From assembly GCA_964106645.2 (NCBI GenBank), contig OZ067049.1: 64,000 nucleotides of DNA. One strand, given 5' to 3'. A program made the position numbers and the translations under genes. The notes beneath the pieces are model-generated. The model saw nothing but the letters and a program-made list of their open reading frames with translations. It did no database searches and was not told the DNA's origin. This DNA is from Podarcis pityusensis. Its lineage: Eukaryota. Positions 49,337-62,158 of this stretch are shown piece by piece. The stretch's first letter is position 1. Each line of letters begins with the position of its first letter.

Positions 49337-52095
49337 TATAAGGAACTGTATAAAAGAGGAAAGGAAATAGATTATGAAATAGACCGATACCTGGAAGATC
49401 ATCATTTACAACAGATTGCCATAGAAGAGAAAGAGTTATTAGACCAGAGGATTACAGAAGATGAGATAAGGAAGGCAATAAAAAAGATGAAAATTGGGAA
49501 AGCGCCGGGGCCGGATGGCCTACCAGCCAAGTACTATAAAACATTAAGTGAGCAATTATGCCCAATTCTATGTGAAGTGATGAATAATATTGTAAAAGAG
49601 GGAAGGATTCCGAATACCTGGAAGGAAGCATATATTACTTTAATACCTAAAAAAGATGTGGATGCCTTAGAGGTGAAGAACTATAGGCCGATTTCGTTAT
49701 TAAATAACGATTATAAACTGTTTGCGGATATAATGGCAGAAAGACTAAAAAGGGTATTAAAAAATAGAATTCATAAAGATCAAACGGGCTTCCTACCAGG
49801 AAGACAACTAAAGGATAACGTAAGAAATTTGATAGATATTATTGAATACCTGGAAACTAGAATAGATAAACAGGTGGCCTTGATATTTATCGACGCAGAG
49901 AAGGCATTCGATAATGTCTCTTGGCGCTTTCTGATGGAAAATTTGAAAAAGATGGGGATGGGAGAAAGATTCAGAAAAGGTATAGAGGCTATCTATCATG
50001 AGCAAAAGGCAAAACTTATAATAAATAATACTACATCAGAATTTTTTGATATTTCTAAAGGGACGAGGCAAGGCTGCCCTCTGTCCCCCCTATTATTTAT
50101 CTTAGTATTGGAAGTACTTACTAAGAGGCTGAGGGATACAGCAGAGGTTAAAGGAGTCAGGGTAGGAACTAAGGAACACAAAATTAAAGCTTTTGCGGAT
50201 GACATTGCTCTAACATTAGAAGATCCAAAGCACAGTGTAAAAGAAGCCCTACAAAAAATTGAAGAGTTTGGTGCTGTGGCAGGCTTTAAGGTCAATAAGA
50301 ATAAGACTAAAATACTGACTAAAAATGTATCTAAAGAAGATATAGTAGACCTAGAACAAAAAACCGGAATTATGACGGCAAAGAAGGTGAAGTACCTTGG
50401 AGTCTGGATTACGGCTAAGAACATCAATCTATATAAGGATAACTATGAGGTCACCTGGAAGAACATTAAGAAAGACTTAGAAATCTGGGAGAGAATGAGA
50501 TTATCTTTTTTGGGGAGGATAGCGGTTATTAAAATGAACGTTTTGCCTAGAATGTTATTTTTATTTCAAACCATCCCGGTACTTAAAGGTTTAAAGCAAT
50601 GTAAAGAATGGCAAAGAGCCTTGGCGAGATACATCTGGCAGGGAAAAAGACCGCGAATAAAAATGAAAATACTGGTAGATAAAAAAGAAAGAGGGGGTTT
50701 CTCCCTTCCGGACTTATGTTTATACTATGAGGCGGCGTGTTTATCGTGGTTGAAAGACTGGATAACGCTAGAAAACAGAGACATCTTGGATCTTGAAGGC
50801 TTCGATAACAGGTACGGGTGGCACTCGTACCTGTGGTATGAAAAGGTGAAAGTACATAGAGGCTTTTTAAACCATATTTTTAGAGGGCCAATATTCCAAG
50901 TATGGGAAAGAAATAAAAACTTATTGGAAAGGAAGACACCCTGGTGGATCTCACCAACAGAGGTGTTAACGGTCAAAAAAGTTAATATGGAAGGGAAGAA
51001 TCCTACCTATGAAGAACTGACTAGGAAAACGGATCAAGGTATAAAACTTAGACCCTATGAAGAGATTAAAAACTCATTTACTGGGTGGTTGCAATACCAC
51101 CAGGTAAATGACCTGTTAAAAGAAGATAAAAAGAAAATAGGATTCGAAGATAAAAAATCCAAATTCAATGTGGAAGTTGTTGAAGGAAAGAACAAAATAC
51201 TGTCTAGAATATACAATATTTTACTGGAGTGGTATACAAAAGACGAGGAGGTGAAGGACGTTATGACTAAGTGGGCAATAGACATCGGCTATAACATCGA
51301 TTTTGAGAGATGGCTAGAATTATGGAATACTAACATGAAGTTCACGGCATGTATGGCATTAAGGGAAAATATGTGGAAAATGATATTTAGGTGGTACCTC
51401 ACACCAGTGAAACTGGCTAAGATCTATAGGTTAAAGAACAAAAGATGTTGGAAATGTGGGGAAGTAGATGGTGACTTCTACCATATGTGGTGGTTATGCA
51501 GCAAAGTGAAAGGCTTTTGGGAATCGATTTATAACGAGCTTAAAAAAATTTTTAAATACACGTTTCCCAAAAAACCCGAAGCCTTTCTGCTAGGAATGAC
51601 AGGTAAAGAAATCAAAAAAGAAGATAAGGTACTATTTTTATATGCCACAACAGCCGCAAGAATCATGTTAGCACAAAATTGGAAAACGGACGCCATACCT
51701 AATGTAAGTGATTGGCAGATTAAATTAACAAATTATGCCAAGCTCGCTAGAATAACAGGAAGAATAAGAGATCAAGATGAACAGAAATTTCATGATAACT
51801 GGATTAAATATTGGATATATATTGGGACTAAACTTTAAACGACACTGGCGGGATTGGAATAACTCTAACAGTAAAAGGTTATTATGTAAAAGAGGTAAAA
51901 TACGTGAATATAAAGTCTATTTGATACTTACCAAAGGAGTGGAAGGAAGTTCAAGGCTTGGCAGAGCCTAAAATAAATGTATTTATGATTTATGGAATGA
52001 ATATATTATGTGTAATTTAAGTATTGGACTTTGTATAAGTTTATATGTATATATGTATAATACCAATAAAAATTTATCAGTAAAAAAAAAAAAAA
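49337..52095 (+). mobile_element. Young 5'-truncated L1-clade LINE with uninterrupted ORF2 (RT and CCHC, no endonuclease)
   Basis: Frame open 49337-51838; KAPGPDG, YRPISLLN.DYK, DAEKAFD, GTRQGCPLSP, FADD, YLG, CWKC..H...C; AATAAA 52065, poly(A); TSD AGAGAAGTGATGGTTT at 49321-49336 and 52096-52111. Confidence 0.95.
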
Positions 52096-53651
52096 AGAGA
52101 AGTGATGGTTTCCCAGAGAAAATAATTGGGAAATATGGGATTGTACTGTAGGTGTGACTGGGCAGCAACTTGTCCACCCAAAAGCCAAAGGTGGTCACAA
52201 CGGCAGGCGTTCATATTTTCTCATGTGTTTAATTTTGTGGTTCGAGGCAGGAGTGTGACATGTTCAGAAAGTTATGGCAGAAAGATAAACACAGAGTGGG
52301 GAAATATAGCATATAGATTTAGGCTTCATTGTTTGAAAGGAGAGCTAGGGGTGAGCTTTATTTTGGGTGTTGTTGTTTTAAAGAACTGGCACATTCAGAG
52401 GAAGGATAGGTTAGAGCAGGGTTGGGGAACCTTTCCCAACCACAATGCCGCATTCCACCACAGACACTAATCTGGGGGCCACATTCTGCTAACAGGTGGG
52501 GCATAGGCAATAACAGGCAGTAGATCTGCAGCTTGCTTTTGCACATAGGCTACATTTTGGTCAGAACACTCTACACACAGATTCCCCTCCCCATTGAGGC
52601 AAATAAAGAGACTTTATCACTGTTCAATGATGCGTTCCAGTAAGGCAGAGGCACTTGGGGTTGTGAAGCAGAGTCCGCAAATACTGGGACCTGAGAAGAG
52701 TCTCAGGGGCCAAGTAGCGAGGCCTGGAGGGATGTATTCGGCTCCTGAGTTACTCACCTCAGGGCTACAATTCATCACTGTCTGGCATACTGGCTTTCTA
52801 CAGGCTTCAGTCATACAGCTCCTCCTATATTCTGTTTAAAAAATAATAGTTCTTGATACTAATTCAAAGAGATACAAAAACACGCAAAGTGTCTTTTTAC
52901 AATATATTGAGATAAAACAGCTACTTAGTCTATAAGAGAACAAAGCCAGAAGGAAGAAAAGGCACGGAAAGGAGAAGCCTAAAAAAGAGAAAGCGAGGAA
53001 AAAAAGAAAAAACTAAAGATGAAGAAAATAAAAGAACTTCTGGTTCTCTGCACTGCAGCTGTATATGCTATTCATTCCTCAAGATCCAACCATTCTATCG
53101 TCTATAAACCAGTATTTTTTCAATCTTCAAATCCAGATATTACAAGATCATTTTCTCTTTCATGCAAAAAGTCCATAAGAAATGTCCAATCCTTAACACC
53201 TCCTACATTCTGAAGTGATACTGTCATTGAAGGATATTACCACACGGTGTGTTTTTTCTGAATGGGAAGAGCAGCCCTATGCTCCAGTTTTAGGTATTTC
53301 GGTCTCTGTGTGCATTTATGGGTGGACCTTCCAGCTGTTGCTAGCTGTCAGTCATACTTGGGCAGCATAGGTAACTTCCTGTGTTCTGTTCTTGTACTGT
53401 GGTGACTTATTTCTCTATCCATCTGCAGCAAGGATGAGAGACAAATTCCATATATACCCTGGCAGCATTTGATGGGGATTTCACAAGAAGCTGCTGCTCT
53501 TCCATCTCATTCCAGATGCATCCTTTCATCCTGTCAACACTTTACAGCACTTTCTTTTTTCCAAACTTGAGTGATGCACGTACACTTGTTTTTCCACTTA
53601 CAAATTTAGTTTGTGTCTAACTTTGGATGTTCTTTGACTTTGTTGCACAAT

Positions 53652-53921
53652 GAAGAAGAAGAAGAAGAAAAAGAAGAAGAGGAGTTTGGATTTGATATCC
53701 TGCCTTTCACTCCCCTTCAGGAGTCTCAAAGTGGCTAACATTCTCCTTTCCCTTCCTCCCCCACAACAAACACTCTGTGAGGTGTGTGGGGCTGAGAGAC
53801 TTCAGAGAAGTGTGACTGGCCAAAGGTCACCCAGCAGCTGCATGTGGAGGAGCGGGGAAGCGAACCCAGTTCACCAGATTACGAGACTACCGCTCTTAAC
53901 CACTACACCACACTGGCTCTC
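53652..53921 (-). mobile_element. Squam3-like SINE
   Basis: Reverse complement of the 34292 family; (GAA)n tail on the + strand. Confidence 0.82.
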
Positions 53922-55554
53922 AGTAAATGAAGTAACAGCTTTTCAGACCTGGCTGGGTCTGCATCCTGCAAAGCATCTCTCTATCTCTGACTGCATGCAA
54001 ACCATACACCTAAAGCACACCCCCCTCGAGAATCTTGGGAATTGTAGTTTCCGCTCAACAGAGCTGCAATTCCCAGAATGCTTAACAACCTACAGTTTGA
54101 CAGACCGCTCTTCTTCCTAGGCTGCGAGGAAAAATGGAGAAAACAGGTAATTTACTGGGGTGGAGTGACTTTTGCAGCTGTTGTCAAAGTTGCAAAAACA
54201 ATGAAGCACAGGACTGAGGGAGGGAGAAATTTCTAGAAAAACAATGGGATATCATCTCCGCTCAAGGCATGATGGATAACAGCAACAACTGGGAAAAGAT
54301 AGACATAACACTTTACAAGGACGGGAAGAAACATCACAGACAGAATAAATGTCACACACAGGAAGAACAAGGATATAGTTTGAGATCCTCGCTTGTAGTT
54401 CTATAAATCATTTAATGTGTCAACGTGAATAGAAGTTTTAAATATTGCAGCTGTTGTATAAGGGATTATTATTATGACTGGAATGTAATTGAAATCAGTA
54501 AGATTTTGGAATGCAGAAATAAAGAAAAGCATCAATTATAGCATGTGGGCCCCCACTAAATTATATAATTTGGTATTTGAATGATTGATAATAATAATTT
54601 TATTTTAAATGGGTATTGTTATAATGAGGCTATCATTGAATTATAATTAAAAATTAATAAAAAGCATTATAATAATCTACAGTTCCCAGGATACTTTGGG
54701 GTAAAAAAAATGTTCTTTAAATGCATGGTGTATACACAGCCCCCACTTTTTGTAGTTGCTCCCCAGTGGGCCATGGAATAAGCTTTAAAGAAGCCAATTT
54801 GCTGTGATATTGTTGGACTCTGCGGGCTTTCTCTTGTGTTGTAAAGCCTGCATCTGAGCTGGAATGTGTGTGCTGCACTGATCGCTGCCCAATCTCCATC
54901 TCCAGTAACCTGTAGTCGGCAAAGTTCTGAATCAGAGAGCTTAATAATTAGGATTCTATATTATAGGGTGAGTCACACTGAGTAGAGAAGGCTCCCCACT
55001 TCAGAACTTTGCTTTCCATGAGTTGGTGGTGATGGTGATGTGGGATGAGCTTCACACATTCATCTCTGCTCGCATGTAGATTTTACAGCACATAACAGTA
55101 TGCACATAATCCTTTTGTTCCACAGTAAGAGGCTGGGTGCCGAATAATGACTAATCAAGGCCTTGCACTTTTGCTTTATAATGTAAGAGCATTTCTCTCT
55201 CAAAGAGGAAGCATGATGGCAAAGTGTTTGTTTCTGTGCCCTGCTCTGAAGATGCTTCTCCAGGGTGATCCTCCGCTCCATCAGCTGGCATGCGGACAGC
55301 AAGTTTACGTGTGCTACTGGCTCTAGCACTGCTGGCTCTGCATTTTGATGGCAACAAATCAATCAGTGTACAATGAGAGTGAAGATAGCATTGATCAACG
55401 CCATGCCTTTTGGTATAGGCCCCGCCTGCCCTGCAGACTCTATGGCAGCAGAAAGCAGAGAGGATAATTTCCCACTGCCCTGCCATCATGTGGTCCAGGC
55501 TAGGGATATCGGAGAATTCTGACAAAAATGGAAAAACAAGTGGGAATTTGCTGC

Positions 55555-55705
55555 AGTCTGCATGTTCAGGGAAGTTTTTAATGGTTGGTGTTTCATTATG
55601 TTTTTAATATTTTGTTGGGAGCTGCCCAGAGTGGCTAGGGCAACCCAGTCAGATGAGTGGATGATAATAATAATAATAATAATAATTAATAATGATGATG
55701 ATGAT
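55555..55705 (+). mobile_element. L2-type 3' tail with (ATA)n/(ATG)n
   Basis: Same family as 12935. Confidence 0.6.
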
Positions 55706-57827
55706 GGGAGCGGAAATCAGTCAGCCAAATGTGATTGGTATTTGTTTACATCATTGCTGTTTTTCTTAAGTCCAGAAATGACAGTGAATGGACACTTTTC
55801 ATATTGTCCTGAAATTTCCTTTACATTGAAATGAATGTAAGTTATGTAAATAGTTGTTGGAACTTATATTAAATAGTGGCCAGTAGAATGATTAATGTAG
55901 TATTTGTTGGAAACCAAGCTGTGGCAGAATGGAAATGGCACAGTCTGTGACGAATACATGTCAGAATGGAAATCTTACATCCCTAGTCCAGGCTGAGATG
56001 TCAGTCATCCCTTCACAGCCCTCTGTGTTCCTGCTGCCATTTCTGCTTTACTACTTCCACTGCTCATGGAGCAGCTACCATGAACAAGCTGATTGTTTGA
56101 GGTGGTTAGGCTTTCAACTCTTTTCACTGCATGTCCTCACCGTATATTGTGTTCATATGGTAACACCCCTTTGCATGGGAGTTTTAGATGAGGCTAACTC
56201 ATTGAAAACTTGTCAAACTTAAGCTTATATAAATAGGAAATCAACATTATTGGAGGGTAGTGAGATACAGCTGGAGGTTAGCTTTGCCATTTTGTTTTGA
56301 AGAAACTGACAACGTTAACAGCATGCCAGCTGCAATATTTTGTATGTGCTTTGTTATATTTTTGGGAATATAACAAAAGGCATAGAAAAAGACGTCTAAA
56401 GCATAACCTGGGTGGAGAATGGCTTGCATGATTTTTTTTAATAGCTACACCTGTTTCCTCCCTCTGTCATCTCAAAAACTGGAGTCACTCTTAAGTTTTA
56501 GTGCTTTCTTTTGGATAGTGCTCTGCTGTACTTTCTTGCATGTGCATGAATGCTGCAATTCACTCCTGTGATTAAAAATATTAAGGAAGGAGGCCCCAAA
56601 GTGTGTCTGTACCCAGAATAGGCAAAGCTTCATTGCTCTCCTCAGGGATCCCCATTCACTTATCAAAATGACAAGCACTTCACTAGTATAATGTACTGGT
56701 GATGCTGCTGGCATGAAACAAAATAGCCAAGATATCAAAGTACCATTCTTCTTAGCCTCCAGTTCTGTTACACAACTCTGTAAGGCAGTTAAGAGTCTTC
56801 TGGACTCTGCTTTTGTTGGAGGCAGTTTTGATTCAGTGCCTTCAGCTTCCCCCTCCCCCCTTCTCTCTCTTTTAATCATCCACTTTTCTTCTTCATCCAT
56901 GCTTTGATTAAGTCATACTCCAGCTTGTAAACAGAATTACCCTTCTCTCTACCCCTCTGTCCATGCCTTGTTTGGTTTTGCTTTTGAACGACTGCCACCG
57001 TGCTTCTGTTTGACATTCAAAAAATGTTGCCTCTTGCACAAAAACAACCTGTTTGGGGTTGCATGGTCTGACATTTTGGAAGATGTATGCTTTCTGAAAA
57101 AAGCAGATAAGGGTTACCATAATTGCAGTTTTGGCTTTCAGAAACTCAAATTATCGTCTGAAGGAAGTTCAATGTATGATGCAGTGTAGATATAAAATCA
57201 CAGAGCAATAGGAATTTGTTGTGCGTGTTTCCTCAGAGGGAAGTCTTTCTGTGTTTAATTGGGCTTTCTTCAAGATGAGTGGGATTAGGGTTTGCAGCCT
57301 AATTCAACCATATTTTGAGAATCTCACATACCTGCTGCCTCCTGAGGTATTCTACATAGGTGACTTTCTAGCTGTGTTTCAGAGAACTCGGGGATTTACT
57401 GTATGCTTCTCAGAGTTTCTCACCAAGCAGATTATTAAATGTGGACAAGCTGCTGAAGAACAGCTTAGTGGAGGGCAACATTCCCCTGCAATGGGATGAT
57501 ATCAATGCCTACCATCCACTCACTTGGAACAGCAACTGAGTAAACACCTGGAGCATGTATTGCAATTGTTTGCAACATGCAGAGAGGGCCCAGGAGATGC
57601 AGAAGAGCTCCATGGCAGACAAGTGAATGTGGGAAATACTCCTTAAAGTAAAAGGTTAGAAAATCATAGTTTTGCATCATTCCCCTGCCCTTTCACCTAG
57701 ACCAGTAGCCCTTGTGATTCCTTGTCAGCCATGTGTTGGGTGATCAGAAGTATGCAAAGCTTTAAGGCAATGCTGTTGATTTCACTGCCATCCCCCTCCA
57801 AGGCTCACAGCTGCTTAGATTTATAAT

Positions 57828-58182
57828 GGTAAAGGGGCCCCTGACCGTTAGGTCCAGTCGCGAATGACTCCAGGGTTGCGGCGCTCATCTTGCTTTACTG
57901 GCCAAGGGAGCTGACGTTTGTCCTCAGTTTTCCCGGGTTGTGTGGCCAGCATGACTAAGCCGCTTCTGGCAAACCAGAGCAGTGCACAGAAATGCCATTT
58001 ACCTTCCTGCTGGAGCGGTACCTATTTATCTACTTGCACTTTGCCGTGCTTTCGAACTGCTAGGTTGGCAGGAGCAGAGACCGAGCAACGGGAGCTCACC
58101 CCGTCGCTGAGATTCGAACCACTGACCATTGATCAGCAAGCCCTAGGCTCAATGGTTTAGACCACAGCACCACCTGCGTCCC
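57828..58182 (-). mobile_element. Sauria SINE
   Basis: Full body; probable TSD TTAGATTT at 57815-57822 and 58184-58191. Confidence 0.87.
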
Positions 58183-59139
58183 TTTAGATTTTTTAAGACT
58201 GGGCTAAAGACTCCTCCTTAGGGGTGTATTTACACCTGCTTTTAACCTGCCTTTCCTCCTAGCAGCTTAGGCTAGGTTGAGGTATGTTGTATTTCCCCAG
58301 TCCCCTTCACTTAATTCCCACAAAATCTGAAAGGGATTATTGTTCCAAACCCAAGGTCACGCAGCAAGTTTCATGGCTGAGTGAGGATTAAAATCTGGAT
58401 CTGCTCAGTTTTAAGTCCATCACACACAAATTCACCTGTAACTGTGGCTGTGTGAGGTCTAGTTGTGTGTGGGCTCAGGATGTGGCCTGTAAAGAGACAC
58501 AGGGCCACCATCTAGTTGCTGCTAAGTAGGCCTGGTCATCTCCCGGATGGGTAACTGCCTGGGAAGGAACCACTTCTATACCACCTTGAGGTCCATAATG
58601 GAAGAAAGGTGGGGTAAGGAAATAAACAAATGCACTTCCCTAGGGCAGGGGTGGGGAACTGCAGATTTATGTGGCCCTCCATGCCTCTCTATATGGCCCT
58701 CAGGACTTTTCCCAGGTCACACCCACTCCTGGCTCCTGCTTTGCACCATTCCTGAGTGTTTATGCTTGGCTGGAATATGTCATTGACACTGATAATGCTC
58801 CTTGCTTCCTTAGACAAAGGATATAAAATGGTTTGCGCAGAAACCAGCCTACTCTGCAAAGGTAATAATTGCATCTATTGCTCTACCCAATTTTGTCTTC
58901 GACCCTACTGATGTGTGGCCCCCAGAAAGTGGCCCTCAGGCTGAGAAGATTTTCCCACCCTTACGCTAGGGGAGCTCTTTTTTCCTCCTTTGCACTCCAA
59001 AATATTAACTGGGTAGACTAGTCTAACCAGAAATGAGAGGTTTTCTCATGCCATCCTGCCACAATTAGTGACATGGGTCTCTGTGTTCTGTTATTTTGGC
59101 TGCTGTTTTTATTGTTTGCCACATTCTGGCATAGGGGAT

Positions 59140-59425
59140 TGCATTCCTCTCTTTACATGCAGACCTGCAGAGTCTGACCTGACGCGCCTGAAATGTGTCT
59201 GACTAGCAGTTGCTGCCTTTTGCCCTTTCCTTTGCTCTTTCTCCCTCTCGTGCGTATTCCTTGACCCCGTCCTTTAACAGCTACCTTATAAAGCCCCGAC
59301 CAAAGCAGATTAGAGTGTGATGCATTTTAAAGCTAAATATAGAAACAAGATCCTGTTCTGGTACTAATAACCTCTGGAGTGACACTCCTGTACGCAATTT
59401 GTCAAATCCGCTACAAGTGGTGAGT
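59140..59425 (+). promoter_or_regulatory. Candidate muscle-type alternative promoter and first exon of BZW2
   Basis: MCAT CATTCCT 59142, E-box 59207, CArG/TATA-like CCTTATAAAG 59284, MEF2 CTAAATATAG 59333, donor GTG|GTGAGT at 59420. Confidence 0.45.
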
Positions 59426-59883
59426 TTGCTTTTCTCCTCTTGGTTTTTGCTTAGATTTGGCACTCGCCCCTCCCCCATTACCTCAGTGTTTTTAAAGGGC
59501 TTATTTGTGCATTGGAGGCTGGGTTCTGGAGTGGGGGGGGGAGGAGAGTTGCTTCTGTTGCACCCATATCCACTCAGAAAGAAAAACACGCATTAATAGA
59601 AGTAGGATGGTGACCAAAAGTCTGCACAACAGTTAGAAGGCTCTGAGCCCTGTGGAAAAAAGCTAGCAGCCTTCATTAGCCTTGTTGCCTCAGTCTGAAA
59701 AAGACTTCCCTTGGTCCCAGTGGGGAAGGGAGATCCACCTTGCATATTTTTAGATCTCTGTTGCTGCAGAGTCGGGTGTCTGTTGTGTTTATTCAGTGGC
59801 TGCTCTTGGTGCCAGCTTCTTGTGTTTATTCTGAGAGGCGCCTACCATCGTTAATGCACAGGGGTATTTTTTATTTATTTATT

Positions 59884-60271
59884 TCATAGACTCGTGGAGT
59901 CGGACAAGGCCACGAGGACCATCTAGTTCAGGGGTAGGCAACCTAAGACCCAGGGGCCGGATGCGGCCCAGTCGCCTTCTCAATCCGGCCCATGGACGGT
60001 CTGGGAATCAGCGTGTTTTTACATGAGTCGAATGTGTCCTTTTATTTAAAATGCATCTCTGGGTTATTTCTGGGGCATAGGAATTCTTTCATTTTTATTT
60101 TCAAAATATAGTCTGGCCCACCACATGGTCTGAGGGACAGTGGACCAGCCCACGGCTGAAAAAGGTTGCTGACCCCTAATCTGGTTCAACCTCTGCACTC
60201 TTTTGGCCAATGTGAGACTCAGACTCACTGCCCTGGGATTAAGAGTCTCGTGCTCCACCAGCTGAGCTATC
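59884..60271 (-). mobile_element. tRNA-head/CR1-tail SINE interrupted by a hAT MITE
   Basis: Minus-strand GATAGCTCAGCTGGTGGAGCACGAGACTCTTAATC head and GAACTAGATGGTCCTCG tail on either side of the MITE. Confidence 0.7.
59929..60178. mobile_element. hAT-type MITE nested in a SINE
   Basis: Family of 9394 and 30871 in reverse orientation; TSD ATCTAGTT 59921-59928 vs ATCTGGTT 60179-60186. Confidence 0.85.
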
Positions 60272-61471
60272 TATTAACCTGTTTTGTAAAGTTTGAACCC
60301 TTTAAGGTTTGCTGTGTCAATAAGTGCTGTTTCCAAGAAAGAGAGGAGATGATTTCAGAGGGCAGGCAAATAAAAACTTGACCCTTGCTCAGATGGGTGT
60401 GATTCAGTGTGTTGTTTTTAATTTTTTTTGATGCAGCCGTTTTACCTTGTGTGGAACTGCTCTTGCTGTTTGCTAACCCCCAAAATCATTAACACCATGA
60501 AATATATCAGCCAGGGAGTTTATCCTAAGAATCAGATTGAAGCAGGAGAGAGTCAGAGGGACTCCAACACTTGCTAATGTGTTCTGGTTTGTTTATTCCC
60601 CACACTAAGTTTTCTTCTGGACAACTCTTGCTGAACTGAGGGCTGAAATATGTCTGGAAAGTCTAATCTCTGGCTTGGGACTCTTTCTTCTGAGACCCTA
60701 TCTGCAGTATACATTTAAAGCAGTATCATTCCAGTATCATAAACGGTCATGGCCTCCTCTGAGAGCTAGTGGCTTGTTCTGGAAAATTCACCTTGGAAAC
60801 ATGGTGATGTTGGAACATAGAGGTGGATTCCTGGTATCAGAGTTCAGGATTGAGAAGGGGGTGTTCTGATCTTCAGGAAACACAAGGAATGTGATAGATT
60901 CAATAACCGGAATGAGTAAATAAGAGGCAAAATCTTTTGGAAGATAAGAAGTTGTTTGGATGCAAGGTCAGGATGTAAGAGTCACAAGAGAAGGAGGAAG
61001 TTAAGAGGTGACCAGGGAGTTGATTGAGACAGTGGGAAACTGGAGCTAACTGGAATTTGAAGTGGTACAGCAGAAAAGATTAGGCTACATTGAATGGAAT
61101 GTATGGAGATTATATGGCCACCCGCAAAATTAATAGCATCAAGTGGTAATCGCTTGGCATGCAAGTTGCATCAAGTGTGGCTTTTATGGGTTCCCAAATC
61201 AGGACCTATCAATGTCACCAGTAATTTGTCCTTCACTTGTCTCTGGGATGGGGAACCTGCAGCCATTCAGGTGTTGCTGGACTACAACTCCAGTCATCCC
61301 TGACCATGGCCATTCTGGCTGGGACTGATGGGAGTGAGAGTTCGGCAACATCTGGGGGTTCCTATCCTGTATAGTTCATATTATGCTAAGGGTTTGATAT
61401 CCTTTTGATTTAAAATATCTCCATTAAAACTGTACACCTGTAACATTCTACACTTGTATTCCAGAAATTTT

Positions 61472-61529
61472 ATGAATAAGCATCAGAAGCCGGTGCTAAC
61501 AGGCCAACGGTTCAAAACTAGGAAGAGGG
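61472..61529 (+). CDS. BZW2: BZW2 first coding exon (exon begins 61465)
   Basis: ttccag|aaattttATG; MNKHQKPVLTGQRFKTRKR G|gtaggt, the BZW2/5MP1 N-terminus. Confidence 0.95.
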
Positions 61530-62158
61530 GTAGGTTTGATCACTTCATTTTGTTGTTTATTGCAGTTTATTGAAGACTTTGCACAGTGCTGCCTGCTGTG
61601 TTTTGTTTCCCCTGCTTAGCAAATCAGTATTTAACATTAAAGAGTAGATGGACTGAATCAGTTGACTTGCTGGTATATATTGAGCTCCCTGTGAACAAAA
61701 GTGTAATACTTATTCACCATACTGGAAGACTTTTCTCTAGCTGTATTCATGTCACCTATATTGTCTTACTAGAAAACTTTGCTTTTTAAGAAATCAACAT
61801 CAAACCATGACTAATAACCCTGGCTTGTTTTAATAAACCAGCTTTAATGCTAGCCACAGTTCCAGATTTTGAGATAACAGCAAGCCATGGTTAGTTGAAA
61901 ATGGAAGTCCTTCTGATCTCATCTTCATAGACCTTATCAGTGGAGAAAACCAGCTTGTGGTTTGTGTACATAACAATAACCAAACCATTGTGATGTATAA
62001 CTTTATTTATATATGAAGGACTCTCCCATTACACAGAAGAAACATGATTCTGATATACCCTTCTACCACAACAGGCCAATCCAGTGAAATATAACCAGCT
62101 TAACTATTTTGTATGTTGCTCTCTGGGACCAACACTGTAACATGCCAAGCTCATTCAT

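Noticed and set aside
49487-51838. Domesticated host gene or autonomous L1
   Set aside because: It lacks 5'UTR, ORF1 and endonuclease and has a perfect TSD and poly(A). Intactness is explained by youth unless expression or selection data show otherwise.
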